A stretch of DNA of 64,000 nucleotides from an uncultured Fibrobacterota bacterium (GCA_963729895.1 CAVSQB010000027.1:1-64000); one strand, 5' to 3'. Shown: positions 10,085 to 20,020, counted from the first letter of the stretch. Numbers and translations: made by a program. The notes: generated by a model from the sequence alone, not told the origin.

Positions 10085-11886
10085 GCAGACTCCACCCCGA
10101 TTCTTGTGATCTTCTTCAGCAGGAATTTCTTCCTAGATTTCTTGAGCCCCGCCTCCGCTTCCAGGAGCGGCTCTTTGGACTTGTGCACGGCAATCGGTTT
10201 CACCGTGTGCATCCCGGCCTTGATATGCGGGCTGCCGAGGTACTCGAACGTTGCTCGGTGGCCCATGAGCACCGCGTAATCGAGCACGTGGAACATATCG
10301 CTTATATCAAGTTCCTTGAGTTTTTCTCCGTACTTTCCGGCCTTTACAGGGCGCGAGGTTGCCACGCTGTCCGGTTCAAATGAAACCATGGGCATCACCG
10401 CCGGCGCATCGTCGGGCTGCACGGCGATAGGCGCCCGCCCGGGTTCGAAGGCGGTTTCGCCCGGGGCGCGCGGATCGAACCCCATGGTCTGTAGAATCCT
10501 CCGTACCTCTTCTTCACGGCCGCGACGTATGGAAAAAACGCGGTGGGGCATTTCTTCCGTCACAAGACCCCGCAGCGGCTCGTAGGCCGCTATCTGGCGC
10601 GTGGCTTTTTCGTCGAACGAAACCACGGAGGCATTTGTTTTCAAATAAATTCTGGAGAACTCCCGAATCCACTCTTTTACCGTTTCTTCCACGTTGTGCG
10701 GCGCCCTCCATGCCGCGAGCCAGTCCGAAAGGACTTTTTCATCGATCCCTTCGCTCAGCGAGTTATTGATAACGTCGCGATGTATTTCACCTTTGTAAAC
10801 CCTGTCGAAAGACAGGAGCGCGCCCACTTTTGTGAACCAGTACAACTCCTCGGGAAGAACCTCCTGCGACAGGACCGCGGAAAAATCGGGCAGCAGCATC
10901 ACGCGGCTCGCAGGCAGTCCCCGCAGATGCGAGCCGATGTCCATGCGAGCCGCGGCCGTGAAGGCGAGGTTGCCGCCGGTCCTGCAAACCTCAAGACACC
11001 CGCACAACCACAGCACCGTTGCGGCAGCCACGGCGTCCTTTCGTGCAAAATCCGGAAAAGCGCCGGTGGAAAGCCAGGTGCGGCCCGTTCCGCACAACAA
11101 CTTCTCCATCACGGCCCTGCGCCAGAGCGGCGCGGATGCAAACGCAAAGTCGCGGAAATCGGTGCACCTTTTGTCAAGAGGCTGCAACAGCCACGCGGCC
11201 AATTTTCCGGGCACCACCCTGTAGGTCTCGCCAACGACCGCCAAAAGTTCACGAGAGACGGCGTAGGAAAGCAGCAGGGAAACGCACGCCGCCCGAGGGC
11301 CGTCGGCCTCACTGTGCCCGGCCCACAGGTCGTGCGAGACATGGAGGAATCTGGCGAGCGCGGTTTCTGCGGCCTTGGAAAATGTACCCTTCTTTGTCTT
11401 TTCAAACATTCCGAGCGAGGCAAGGTTCGCGCACATAATCACGTCGGAAAGGCAATGCCAGGGCAGTGCCGCAATGCTGCGCCCGGGCGGCGGCGTCCCG
11501 GCGTTTTCAACGAGGGTTTCCGCGCACAGAGTGGCAAGCCGGGGTTCGAACTCCGTAAAACCGTAGTAGCCGGCATTACCGAGCGCATCCCGACCGGCAA
11601 AAACAAGGAATGAAGACAGGAGCTCATCGTCGAGCCCGCGCACACCAGGCGCAGGCACTCCCCGCTCTCCGGCAAGATAGACGAGCGCGCACGTAAAGCG
11701 CGCGCGCGGCGACAGGAGCTTGAACCTCCCGTGCAGCGATTTCTCCGTTGCAAACTGACGGGCCGCGTCCCTCACCAGCGACGATGAAAGGATCTTCCGT
11801 TTCTGGCCGGAATGGTCCAAGAATTGCGCGAGCACAACGTCCGCCGGAAGGAGACCGAGATAGCTTTCGAAGCTGGGAAGGACCAT
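10081..11886 (-). CDS. Helicase-associated (XPB-partner-like) domain protein with WYL-like C-terminus
   Basis: 601 aa; LLPDFSAV...PHNVEETVKEW resembles the Helicase_C_3 domain; C-terminal FEY...VKP...FLLKKI resembles WYL; 4-bp overlap with the dnaE start. Confidence 0.6.
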   Translation of the reverse strand: MVLPSFESYLGLLPADVVLAQFLDHSGQKRKILSSSLVRDAARQFATEKSLHGRFKLLSPRARFTCALVYLAGERGVPAPGVRGLDDELLSSFLVFAGRDALGNAGYYGFTEFEPRLATLCAETLVENAGTPPPGRSIAALPWHCLSDVIMCANLASLGMFEKTKKGTFSKAAETALARFLHVSHDLWAGHSEADGPRAACVSLLLSYAVSRELLAVVGETYRVVPGKLAAWLLQPLDKRCTDFRDFAFASAPLWRRAVMEKLLCGTGRTWLSTGAFPDFARKDAVAAATVLWLCGCLEVCRTGGNLAFTAAARMDIGSHLRGLPASRVMLLPDFSAVLSQEVLPEELYWFTKVGALLSFDRVYKGEIHRDVINNSLSEGIDEKVLSDWLAAWRAPHNVEETVKEWIREFSRIYLKTNASVVSFDEKATRQIAAYEPLRGLVTEEMPHRVFSIRRGREEEVRRILQTMGFDPRAPGETAFEPGRAPIAVQPDDAPAVMPMVSFEPDSVATSRPVKAGKYGEKLKELDISDMFHVLDYAVLMGHRATFEYLGSPHIKAGMHTVKPIAVHKSKEPLLEAEAGLKKSRKKFLLKKITRIGVESA

Positions 11887-12096
11887 GGTTTCGCCGGAAT
11901 TTTCTTGTGACAGGTTCGTGTCGGTTACCGGGGCCGGATTTGGAAAATACTTTATAGTGCGTCATTCATGGCCACGGAAACCGGGCGGTGTGCGCCGGCG
12001 TGGAACGGCCCGTTTCCCGCGCGCGGCGCAACGCCCGACACCCTCCGTGTTTCGGGGCGCTTGTGCCCGCACGGAACGGCTCGTATTTTTGATGCG

Positions 12097-12825
12097 ATGA
12101 TCCCCAACGTCTCACCGTCCCGCACCGGCAGGTGTTTGCGCGAATCGTTTGCGTGGGTCGTCGTTGCATCCCTGTCGTGCCACATCTTATTTCTTGCCGG
12201 CATCGTCGGCCTTACCGCGGCGGTGTACAGGTCGCGCGAGTACGAACGGCCTCGGACGTTCGATCTTGTCAAGTTGTCACAGGTTTTCGAGGTACCGCCC
12301 GAACCGAAATCGGCGGCGCTGCCAAAAATCAAGACCGTAGCGCCGAAGCCTGTTGCGCCTTCGCGGCCGGCAGTCCGGCCGAAGACCGCCGTTGCGGCAG
12401 AGGAAAAGACGCCTGTGCCAAGCGAGCAAAAGGCCGCGGCGCAGGCGGAGCCGCCGCCGGCAACCGCAGCGCCCCAGGCGCCCGCTGCCGAAGCGCCGCC
12501 CGGTGCGCCGGAGGCGCAGGTCTCCACCGACAAAGTGTACGAAGAAGGAATGGTGGACGAGCCGCCCGTCGCCATAAAAAAGCCGCAGGCGTTTTACCCG
12601 CCCTTCGTTGAAGACCAGGGCATACAGGGAACAGTCCGGGCCCAGGTCACCATTGACGAAAAAGGCAATGTCATCGAGATAAAGATCCTGAGTTCGCCGC
12701 ATGAGCTCCTTACTGACGAGGTCATGAAGGCGGTAAGCCGATGGAAGTACAAGCCTGGCAAGTTCAGGGGAGTGGCGGTCAAGGTGAAAAACAGACCCAT
12801 TGAGATTCAGTTCAAGCTTGATTAG
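12097..12825 (+). CDS. tonB: Energy transducer TonB
   Basis: N-terminal TM with SLSCH, Pro/Ala-rich linker, C-terminal YP...GIQGTV...IDEKGNV...RWKYKPG; start chosen at MIPNV. Confidence 0.85.
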   Translation: MIPNVSPSRTGRCLRESFAWVVVASLSCHILFLAGIVGLTAAVYRSREYERPRTFDLVKLSQVFEVPPEPKSAALPKIKTVAPKPVAPSRPAVRPKTAVAAEEKTPVPSEQKAAAQAEPPPATAAPQAPAAEAPPGAPEAQVSTDKVYEEGMVDEPPVAIKKPQAFYPPFVEDQGIQGTVRAQVTIDEKGNVIEIKILSSPHELLTDEVMKAVSRWKYKPGKFRGVAVKVKNRPIEIQFKLD

Positions 12826-12880
12826 AGGTCTTTGGCCCGTACGCACCGGACGCCACCGCACGATACTTCGTCTCGCCGGC

Positions 12881-12910
12881 TTGACATGGAAGTGCACGAA
12901 GCCGTATATT
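12881..12910 (+). promoter_or_regulatory. Sigma70-like promoter
   Basis: TTGACA-N18-TATATT upstream of the FISUMP gene. Confidence 0.5.
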
Positions 12911-12999
12911 CCTAAGTCGGTTACGGTTCGATGGTAGTCCACGCAACACAGCCTCCAGCTGGCCGCAAACCCTCACAATTCTATGCACGAGGCGGGATC

Positions 13000-13704
13000 G
13001 TGTCGATCCTCCGAAAGTCGAACCCCTCCGCTGTTATTACGATTTGTCTTTTGTCCTTTTGGGGTTGCAGTAATAATCCGGCGGCACCGCAGGCGGTTAG
13101 CGGTACCTTCACCGATACTGACGGTAACGTTTATCATGAAGTTTCAATAGGAACGCAAGTCTGGATGATGGAGAACCTGAAAACAACCCGATTGAACGAT
13201 GGTAGTGCAATACCTTTGGTAACGAGTGATAGTGCATGGGCTGCTGATTCAACAACACTGACTCCAGGGTATTGCTGGTACAATGATTCGGCTGTCTATG
13301 GAAACACCTATGGTGCACTATACAATTGGTATGCGGTGAACACGGGCAAATTAGCACCGACGGGCTGGCATGTACCGACAGACTCCGAATGGGGCGTGCT
13401 CACCGCATACCTTGGCGGAAAAAGTTTAGCTGCGAGACCTCTCAAAGAAGCCGGCACGGCACATTGGGTTTATCCTAATACCGGTGCCACAAATACAACC
13501 GGATTTTCCGCGCTTCCGGGTGGTTATCGTAACTACGATGGTTCCTTCAGCTGGGTTGGCTACTACGGTAACTGGTGGTCCTCTACGGGGTACCTTGCTA
13601 CAACTGCATATTTCTCCGGCATGTACTACGATGATGCGGGTGTTTACTATGACTACGACTTTAGTGTTTGCGGTTTTAGCGTGCGATGTATCAAGAATCC
13701 TTGA
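13000..13704 (+). CDS. Fibrobacter succinogenes major paralogous domain (FISUMP) lipoprotein
   Basis: Lipobox-like FWGC; TDTDGNVY...IGTQVWMMENL, YGALYNWYAV, PTGWHVPT, GFSALPGGYR and GFSVRCIK; start GTG at 13000 or ATG at 12931. Confidence 0.9.
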   Translation: MSILRKSNPSAVITICLLSFWGCSNNPAAPQAVSGTFTDTDGNVYHEVSIGTQVWMMENLKTTRLNDGSAIPLVTSDSAWAADSTTLTPGYCWYNDSAVYGNTYGALYNWYAVNTGKLAPTGWHVPTDSEWGVLTAYLGGKSLAARPLKEAGTAHWVYPNTGATNTTGFSALPGGYRNYDGSFSWVGYYGNWWSSTGYLATTAYFSGMYYDDAGVYYDYDFSVCGFSVRCIKNP

Positions 13705-13921
13705 CTATTTCCAATTCCCCCCACGATTTCAAGTAAGATTGTTACAAGAGGAGCCAGGCTCCGCTCCCCTATTATTTGCAAGGTACGTCTCATGGCGCCG
13801 GCGCCGTGGCGAAGGCTTTTTCCGAACATGGACTCCCTTGCCGTCCGGCTAATACTTCCCCTCGTCGGATGTGTAATGGACTTCCGGAAAGTCTCCCCGT
13901 CACTATCGGGCGCATGTTGAC

Positions 13922-13952
13922 AAAAAAAAGGCATCCTTTCGGATGCCTTTTC
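13922..13952. terminator. Bidirectional intrinsic terminator
   Basis: AAAAAAAAGGCATCC-TTTC-GGATGCCTTTT between convergent genes. Confidence 0.8.
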
Positions 13953-13975
13953 CATTCGAACCATGCCGGGCGGAA

Positions 13976-16756
13976 TTACCGCACAAGAAGAACCTGTTTG
14001 ACAAAGTGTCCGCCATCCACGTCAAGGCGGACGAAGCAAATTCCGTCGCTCTTTGCTTCGCCGTTGCCCATTGTTCCGTTAAGTGCGATCGGGTGCCAAC
14101 CCGCAACGGCCCTTGAATTCGGTATCCGTTCCAGGATTCTTCCTCTTGCATCAAGAATCTCCACGGAAACAAATGAAGCGCTGCTGATGTAATACCGGAC
14201 CACGCCGTTTGTCGCCCTTACGTCAAACGTCGGCATGGCGGAAACCGCTGTCGCACGCATGGCAGGACGGAGGGCAATCGGTGTGGCTCCCGGCACCGGA
14301 ACGACGGTAAACGAGGCGCTGCCCGACCCGAGGCCGGGCGAGGTTGCCGTCACAGTCACCACGCCGGGCGAAAATGTCGAGCGCACCGCCACCTTGATGA
14401 GCCCGCCCTCTGCGGCAAGATTGGGATCGAGCGGCGCGTGATAGCCGAGCGGCTGGTTCGCGGTTACATATTGGTTGGCGCCGCCGCGATAGTTGCCGGG
14501 CCCGCTCACGCTGAACGTGATGACATTGCTGGCCGTGGGATTGGTGATGCCGTTTGCATCAACCACCTTTGCAAGTATGAGTTTGGCATCCGTGGCATTG
14601 GACGTGATCTGGAACGTATCTCCATTCGCCTGCACGGTCGGCGTGTCCGGGATGAGGACGATGTGGTCGGGAGCGCCTGCGGTTTGTTTCTCGTCCGAGC
14701 ACACGATATTTCCGCCGGCGTCAAGGCCGTTCGCAAGAAGCGTTCCGGCCGCCCAGGTCACGTTGGCCCAGGCTGCGCCGTTCACCGGATCGGGCGTCTT
14801 CTTCCCCTGAGAGGTTCCGTTGACAAACACCTCCACGCTGGGGCAGTTGCTGAACGCGTTGACGGTGACCGTCCCCGACCGGTTCCAGTGATTGGCAAGA
14901 TATACCACCGGCCTGAATGCAAAAGGAGTCCAGGCCGCGGCATACTCCTTGAAAAGCATCTTTGGCAGGCGGTTGAAGTCCATCATGGAGGAGCCGAACG
15001 ACCTGACTCCCGTGGCAGGCGTGCCGTCCATGAAAGCCTGACACTCACCCGGGGTTTCGGCCATGTACCATTGGCACAGGCCGAAGCAGTTTGCATTCAC
15101 GCTGGAGCGCCAGTTGTTCATGAATTGCGAGGCGAACGAAATTTCCCCGTTGTAATCCGTCCGCGAGTCGGCGTTGCCCCATGCTTCCGCGCCCCATGCC
15201 GGATTGCCGGGACTGCCGTTCTTCATGCCGATCTCGCATCCGGTGACCGTGCACGAAATGAGGTCCTTGGGCCCGAATCCCGCACCGCGGACCGAAATCA
15301 CACGCGGCGCAAGCGAGTCCCATGTCTGGCAGATGGTCCTGAGCGTATTGCAGAAGCTGGCGACAATGTTGCCGTTGCACACCTCCCACGCAAGGATCGA
15401 CGGATTGTTCCTGTCGCGAATGACTCCGTCGCGCTGGACCTCCTGCTTGAGAGTCTGCTGGTCCGCGGTTGCCGCGCCGCCAAACAGTCCTTCGCCGTCG
15501 CCGCTGGGCTGCATGAGCATCACGCCCGTATTGTCGCATGCGTAGACGAATCCCGGGCTGCATGCGGAATGGCCGGGCCTCCACAGGCGGCCGCCGCACT
15601 TCGTGAGAATCACGGCGTCGCGATACTCGATTTCCGGCGGCAGGGCGGTCCCGAGCGCGGGATAGTCGTAGCGGGCCGAAGCGCCGTCCATGTAGTGCTG
15701 GTGACCATTGATATACGGGAAATTTGAGTCCCACGTGATGGTGCGAATCCCAAGCGGGCTCGTAAACACGTCGACCGTGGTCCCGCCCACCTGCACGATG
15801 TGGTACACGGTGTACATGTACGGCGTGCCGTAGATGCTGGCGTTCGGATACCACAGGTGCGGATTGGTCACGGTGCCTGTCTGGTCGAAAACCGTGCTTT
15901 GCCCTGCGTTGACGGTCCCGGAACTGGTCTGGGTCGATACAACCGTATTGGTCGCGTCCACAATCTTGGTTGTCACCGAAACGTTCTGTGCTGCTGCGCC
16001 GTCATTGCGGACGTTTGTGAGCATGCGCACCGTTGCCTGTGAACCGTCGGCTGAGATGTTCGTTGTGGCGACATAGGTACCCCACTGGTTGAGCGTCGAA
16101 TACAGGTTCAAGGGAACATGAACATTGTCGGTGATGTGCATATACACAGGACGGAATATGCCGCCGTCCTCGGACCCAAAACGGAACACCTCCGAAAAAC
16201 CGGGGTCCTCGTAGAATCCGCCATACTTGCCGACTCGCACGGCCAGCACATTGTCCGCACCTCCGAAGGTGACGTAGGGAGTGACATCCACCGCGAATCC
16301 CATGAAGCCGATGACGTGCGTCGCTTGCGCATCCATGGTGACAGCGCTGTTGCCTGGAAGAAAAGTACCGTTGATGTACACCTGACAGCCCACGTGCACT
16401 CCCTGGAATTCAACAATGATCTTTCTGGTGGCGTAGGTGTTGTTGAGGGTAAAATGTTTCCTGTACCAGACATTACCTCCGAACATTGAACCGTCGCCGC
16501 CGCCGCTTTGCTGGTTGATAAACGTGTCGGTGTCGTTATAGGTGTGCGGAACGCCGATCTGTTTCCACGCGGCATCGTTGAACGCAGGGGCCTGAGCGCC
16601 GGTAGGATCTGATTTCACAAACAACCACGGTGTCACCCCCATATTGATGGTCACCCTGTTGCTTGCCTCACCCGTGTAGGTATCAGCACAGCTGCACACG
16701 GCCGCCAGCATCGTGACAACCAGTGCCCATCCAAGCATTTTGCTTTTCATGTGCAT
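13976..16756 (-). CDS. Secreted GH2-family glycoside hydrolase with T9SS-like C-terminal domain
   Basis: RBS AGGGAGG before MHMKSK; signal peptide; WYRKHF, GGIFRPV, GIRTITWD, RDRNNPSILAWE and HWNR motifs; CTD ILDARGR...GICFVRL. Confidence 0.88.
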   Translation of the reverse strand: MHMKSKMLGWALVVTMLAAVCSCADTYTGEASNRVTINMGVTPWLFVKSDPTGAQAPAFNDAAWKQIGVPHTYNDTDTFINQQSGGGDGSMFGGNVWYRKHFTLNNTYATRKIIVEFQGVHVGCQVYINGTFLPGNSAVTMDAQATHVIGFMGFAVDVTPYVTFGGADNVLAVRVGKYGGFYEDPGFSEVFRFGSEDGGIFRPVYMHITDNVHVPLNLYSTLNQWGTYVATTNISADGSQATVRMLTNVRNDGAAAQNVSVTTKIVDATNTVVSTQTSSGTVNAGQSTVFDQTGTVTNPHLWYPNASIYGTPYMYTVYHIVQVGGTTVDVFTSPLGIRTITWDSNFPYINGHQHYMDGASARYDYPALGTALPPEIEYRDAVILTKCGGRLWRPGHSACSPGFVYACDNTGVMLMQPSGDGEGLFGGAATADQQTLKQEVQRDGVIRDRNNPSILAWEVCNGNIVASFCNTLRTICQTWDSLAPRVISVRGAGFGPKDLISCTVTGCEIGMKNGSPGNPAWGAEAWGNADSRTDYNGEISFASQFMNNWRSSVNANCFGLCQWYMAETPGECQAFMDGTPATGVRSFGSSMMDFNRLPKMLFKEYAAAWTPFAFRPVVYLANHWNRSGTVTVNAFSNCPSVEVFVNGTSQGKKTPDPVNGAAWANVTWAAGTLLANGLDAGGNIVCSDEKQTAGAPDHIVLIPDTPTVQANGDTFQITSNATDAKLILAKVVDANGITNPTASNVITFSVSGPGNYRGGANQYVTANQPLGYHAPLDPNLAAEGGLIKVAVRSTFSPGVVTVTATSPGLGSGSASFTVVPVPGATPIALRPAMRATAVSAMPTFDVRATNGVVRYYISSASFVSVEILDARGRILERIPNSRAVAGWHPIALNGTMGNGEAKSDGICFVRLDVDGGHFVKQVLLVR

Positions 16757-16797
16757 TCCCTCCCTATGAAGAACTTCTTTCACAAACCGTTTTACAT

Positions 16798-16907
16798 TTG
16801 AAGAACCTCGCAGCAAGCTGCGAGGACCGCGACTACGACTGGATGCGACCCTTGGAAGTCCCCTTGTGGGATACACCCCAGTGATCAGCCTGCAACCTTC
16901 CATCCCT
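16798..16907. repeat. Structured dispersed repeat, family B copy 1
   Basis: Near-identical to 31726-31809 apart from a 26-bp insert; contains hairpin CCTCGCAGC-AA-GCTGCGAGG. Confidence 0.85.
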
Positions 16908-17206
16908 ATGGATTCGAACCCGTTTTGCACGCCCCCTTCCCTTACGTGGTTACAAAACAAGGTCCAACCCGATTCCTGACCCGCAACTATGAGGATCTCT
17001 CGCGAATTTTGCCGGTAGCCGTCTGTTTTGGGAATATACGTTTTTTTTTCACTATTGGTCAATTTTGTCAATGCTGGTTCATCCGTTTCACGCGCTGCTT
17101 TTTGAAGTACCGGCAAGTCACACGAAAGGCGCCATCCTGCCGGTGTTGCAAAGCACAATCAATATTGATCCGGGACACGATATAACCCTTGGAGGATTGA
17201 CGGAGG

Positions 17207-17545
17207 ATGTATGTTAGCAGGTACACACCTACGACGTTCAAGTCCTTTAACTTCCCCCAGGAGGACGAGATGTCTTTTGCCAATCCCTCACAGACAAGAA
17301 CCTTCAAGATAGTGAACGACGGCAATTTTACCGATGATGACATGAAGTGGATCGGGGCATTATCGAATGTCTCCGTTGTGTCGCTGCAGAAAAAGATCAT
17401 AAGGGTCAGGACTGAATTGGATGATGCAGTGCCGGAAATTGTTGACTCAATCACTAAGCGGTATTGCAACAGCTCAACACCAAAACTCACCCCGCTATTT
17501 TGTGTCTTTGTCCAGCCTCCTGTCAAGCACAAGAACTACAGCTAG
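17207..17545 (+). CDS. Hypothetical protein (island remnant)
   Basis: 112-aa ORF preceded by GGAGG; lower GC than the flanks; no recognisable motif. Confidence 0.4.
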   Translation: MYVSRYTPTTFKSFNFPQEDEMSFANPSQTRTFKIVNDGNFTDDDMKWIGALSNVSVVSLQKKIIRVRTELDDAVPEIVDSITKRYCNSSTPKLTPLFCVFVQPPVKHKNYS

Positions 17546-17860
17546 GTATATACGTGCCTTTCTTTTCGTGATGTTCCTCCCGGTCGATATGCACTGCAGT
17601 CTTTGATAATGATGGTCTTGGTGTGTCTAGTGATACGGTTGCAGCGATAGCAGGTCGGGTTGATACTGTTGATTTATTCTTTGTACCGCCATAACGTCGG
17701 GCACGTGTGAAGCAGCCCCACTATTTTGGTTCTGGAAGAAAGACTGTGGAATATTGCCGCACAAAATGTAGAATTATAACTGCTATGGGTTTCTAAAGCC
17801 CCGTGGAGCAAACAAGAGATGTCTTCCATCGGATTGCCTCAACAATAGTTTGCTGCTTCG

Positions 17861-18498
17861 TTGACCAAGAGCAAAAACAAAAAATGGAAAAGAAGCATGA
17901 AGAAACCGCCACATGCAGCCTCATCATCAGCCAAGGGATCCTTCCACTTCAGCCACTATACATTCGAGGACCTCTCCAACAAAATGAACGCCGCTGTCTC
18001 AGTTTTTGAGATGGGGGACAACGGCGTGCCAGGCAGATACCTGGAAGTAAACAATACGCTGTGCCAATGGCTTGGATACACCCGCAAGGAGCTGCTTGAT
18101 GTTTCGCCTCTCGACATAAGCGAAAAAGTGGACGATGAGGTTACCGGGGGCGTTGCCAATACTTCTGCGCAGAAAGGTTATTCGGTGATGGAACGGACGC
18201 TCCTGGCCAAAGACGGCAGGCGGATTCCGGTGGAATCGAACCTTCACTATATCACCTATGCAGGTAAAAAAGCGGTCTTCTCGATTTCCAGGGACATTTT
18301 AGAGGGGAAAGTGACCAAGGCAGCCTTGTGCGAAAGCGAAGAAAGATTCTCAAAGGCCTTCCGCGCGAGCCCTATGCCGATGACGATTTCCCGGCTTTCT
18401 GACGGAGCATTCATTGACGTCAACGATGAATTTGTTCGTAGCTCCGGATGGACGCGTGCCGAGATATTGGGCCATGCGACGCCAGAATTAAGTCTATA
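17861..18498 (+). pseudogene. PAS-domain signalling protein truncated by IS5
   Basis: PAS repeats (LEVNNTLCQWLGYTRKELL, KDGRRIPVE, ESEERFSKAF, DVNDEF); stop codon formed at the IS junction; no output domain. Confidence 0.8.
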
Positions 18499-19792
18499 GG
18501 GGACCTCTAAAAATTGCCTAATTTGCCCAATTAATGCTTGACAAAGGCTATTTCGTCAATTATTTTAATTCCAGACAACAAACCTGCGAACCCACTACCG
18601 TCTGGAGGATATTGCGATGGGACAGATAGGCCTTTTTGACCTTGAGAATCGCCTTTCCGAGCTTTCCGAAATGGGAGACCCTCTTGAAACCATCAATCGG
18701 GCCATACGTTGGAAGAGTTTTCGTCCTGTTATTGACAAGGCTTTTCGCAAGGAACGGAAGAGCAACGCCGGTCGTCCACCGTACGATTATATCCTGATGT
18801 TCAAGATTCTCGTGTTGCAGACGATGTATGGGCTTTCCGATGCGCAAACCCAGTTTCAGATTCTGGACCGATTGACGTTCAAACGGTTTCTTGAACTCAC
18901 TTCCGAGGATAGCATTCCCGACGAGAAAACGGTCTGGTTGTTTCGGGAAACGCTGACACAAGCAGGCGTTGTCAAGAAGCTGTTTGACCTGTTCGGTCGT
19001 CAGTTGAACGAAGCGGGTTACACTGCCCAGAAAGGCCAAATAATAGATGCGAGTTTTGTCGAGGTACCTCGCCAGAGAAACACGCGGGAGGAGAATAAAG
19101 AAATCAAGAACGGGGGCACGCCGCAGGAATGGGAAAAGCACCCTGAGAAACTTCGTCAGAAAGATGTTGATGCGCGATGGACGAAGAAGAACGATCAGAC
19201 GTTTTTTGGCTACAAGAACCATGCGTCGGTAGACGCGAAGCATAAAATCATTCGAGACTATGCGGCGACATCCGCAGAAGTGCACGACTCCAATATGCTT
19301 GAACCTCTCCTTAATCCTGAGAACACGAACGCGGACGTGTTTGCCGACAGCGCGTATCATTCGGAAAAGGCGGAACAAAGGCTTGATTATCTCTGGTACA
19401 GAAGCAAAATATGTGTCAAAGGGACTCGTGGCGCACCATTGACGGAAGCACAATTGGCACAGAACCGGAAGAAATCCAAAGTCAGATCGCGTATAGAACA
19501 TGTGTTTGCTCAAATAGAAATCATGTTTCGTGGCAGGATCAGGTGTATCGGGCGGCTGAGGGCCGCGGCGAAGATAGGACTCCTGAACCTGGTTTACAAC
19601 ATAAAACGCTTTGCATATCTTGAGTGCCACGCCTGAAAAGCGGGACAGGACCGCACAAGGCCCCCAAAGGGACCGAAAAAAGAACAGTTTTGGGCACCTA
19701 TCAGACAAATAGACGCCCTGACATCGCGAAATAATACTATCTGTCAACATGATCTTGGAATCTACTATTTTACAGAATTTTTAGAGGTCCCC
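18499..19792 (+). mobile_element. IS5-family element, copy 2 (no target duplication)
   Basis: Same IR, length and transposase as copy 1; flanks TATA and TCTT do not match. Confidence 0.95.
18617..19636 (+). CDS. IS5-family DDE transposase
   Basis: Protein identical to 716-1735. Confidence 0.95.
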   Translation: MGQIGLFDLENRLSELSEMGDPLETINRAIRWKSFRPVIDKAFRKERKSNAGRPPYDYILMFKILVLQTMYGLSDAQTQFQILDRLTFKRFLELTSEDSIPDEKTVWLFRETLTQAGVVKKLFDLFGRQLNEAGYTAQKGQIIDASFVEVPRQRNTREENKEIKNGGTPQEWEKHPEKLRQKDVDARWTKKNDQTFFGYKNHASVDAKHKIIRDYAATSAEVHDSNMLEPLLNPENTNADVFADSAYHSEKAEQRLDYLWYRSKICVKGTRGAPLTEAQLAQNRKKSKVRSRIEHVFAQIEIMFRGRIRCIGRLRAAAKIGLLNLVYNIKRFAYLECHA

Positions 19793-19946
19793 TCTTTTTT
19801 GTTGCACCGGTTAAAGTGTCGGGTTTCGAGTCGGGTCATGTCGGGTTTTAAGGGGTATTTCAGGGTATCTGGCCGAAATGCTTTTGAAAAATACAAAAGC
19901 CCCGGAAACCCGTGAAATCATAGGTATCCGAGGCTTATTTGCAAAG

Positions 19947-20020
19947 TACCCCAGACCGGAATTGAACCAGTGACACCAGGTTTAGGAAACCTGTGCTCTA
20001 TCCAACTGAGCTACTGGGGC
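19947..20020 (-). tRNA. tRNA-Arg(CCT)
   Basis: GCCCCAG acceptor stem, D arm AGCTCAGTTGGATAGAGC, anticodon arm CAGGT-TTCCTAA-ACCTG, T loop TTCAATT; CCA not encoded. Confidence 0.95.

Noticed and set aside
12931..13975. Complete diversity-generating retroelement
   Set aside because: No reverse transcriptase, Avd or AAC-rich template repeat seen anywhere in the window
16798..16907. Known riboswitch (c-di-GMP I/II, c-di-AMP, cobalamin, TPP)
   Set aside because: The consensus nucleotides I know for these classes are absent; kept only as an unassigned structured repeat
16911..16922. GGATTCGAACCC, a tRNA T-arm-like sequence, as tRNA fragment or attR
   Set aside because: No cloverleaf, the T stem pairs poorly, and it does not match the tRNA-Arg 3' end
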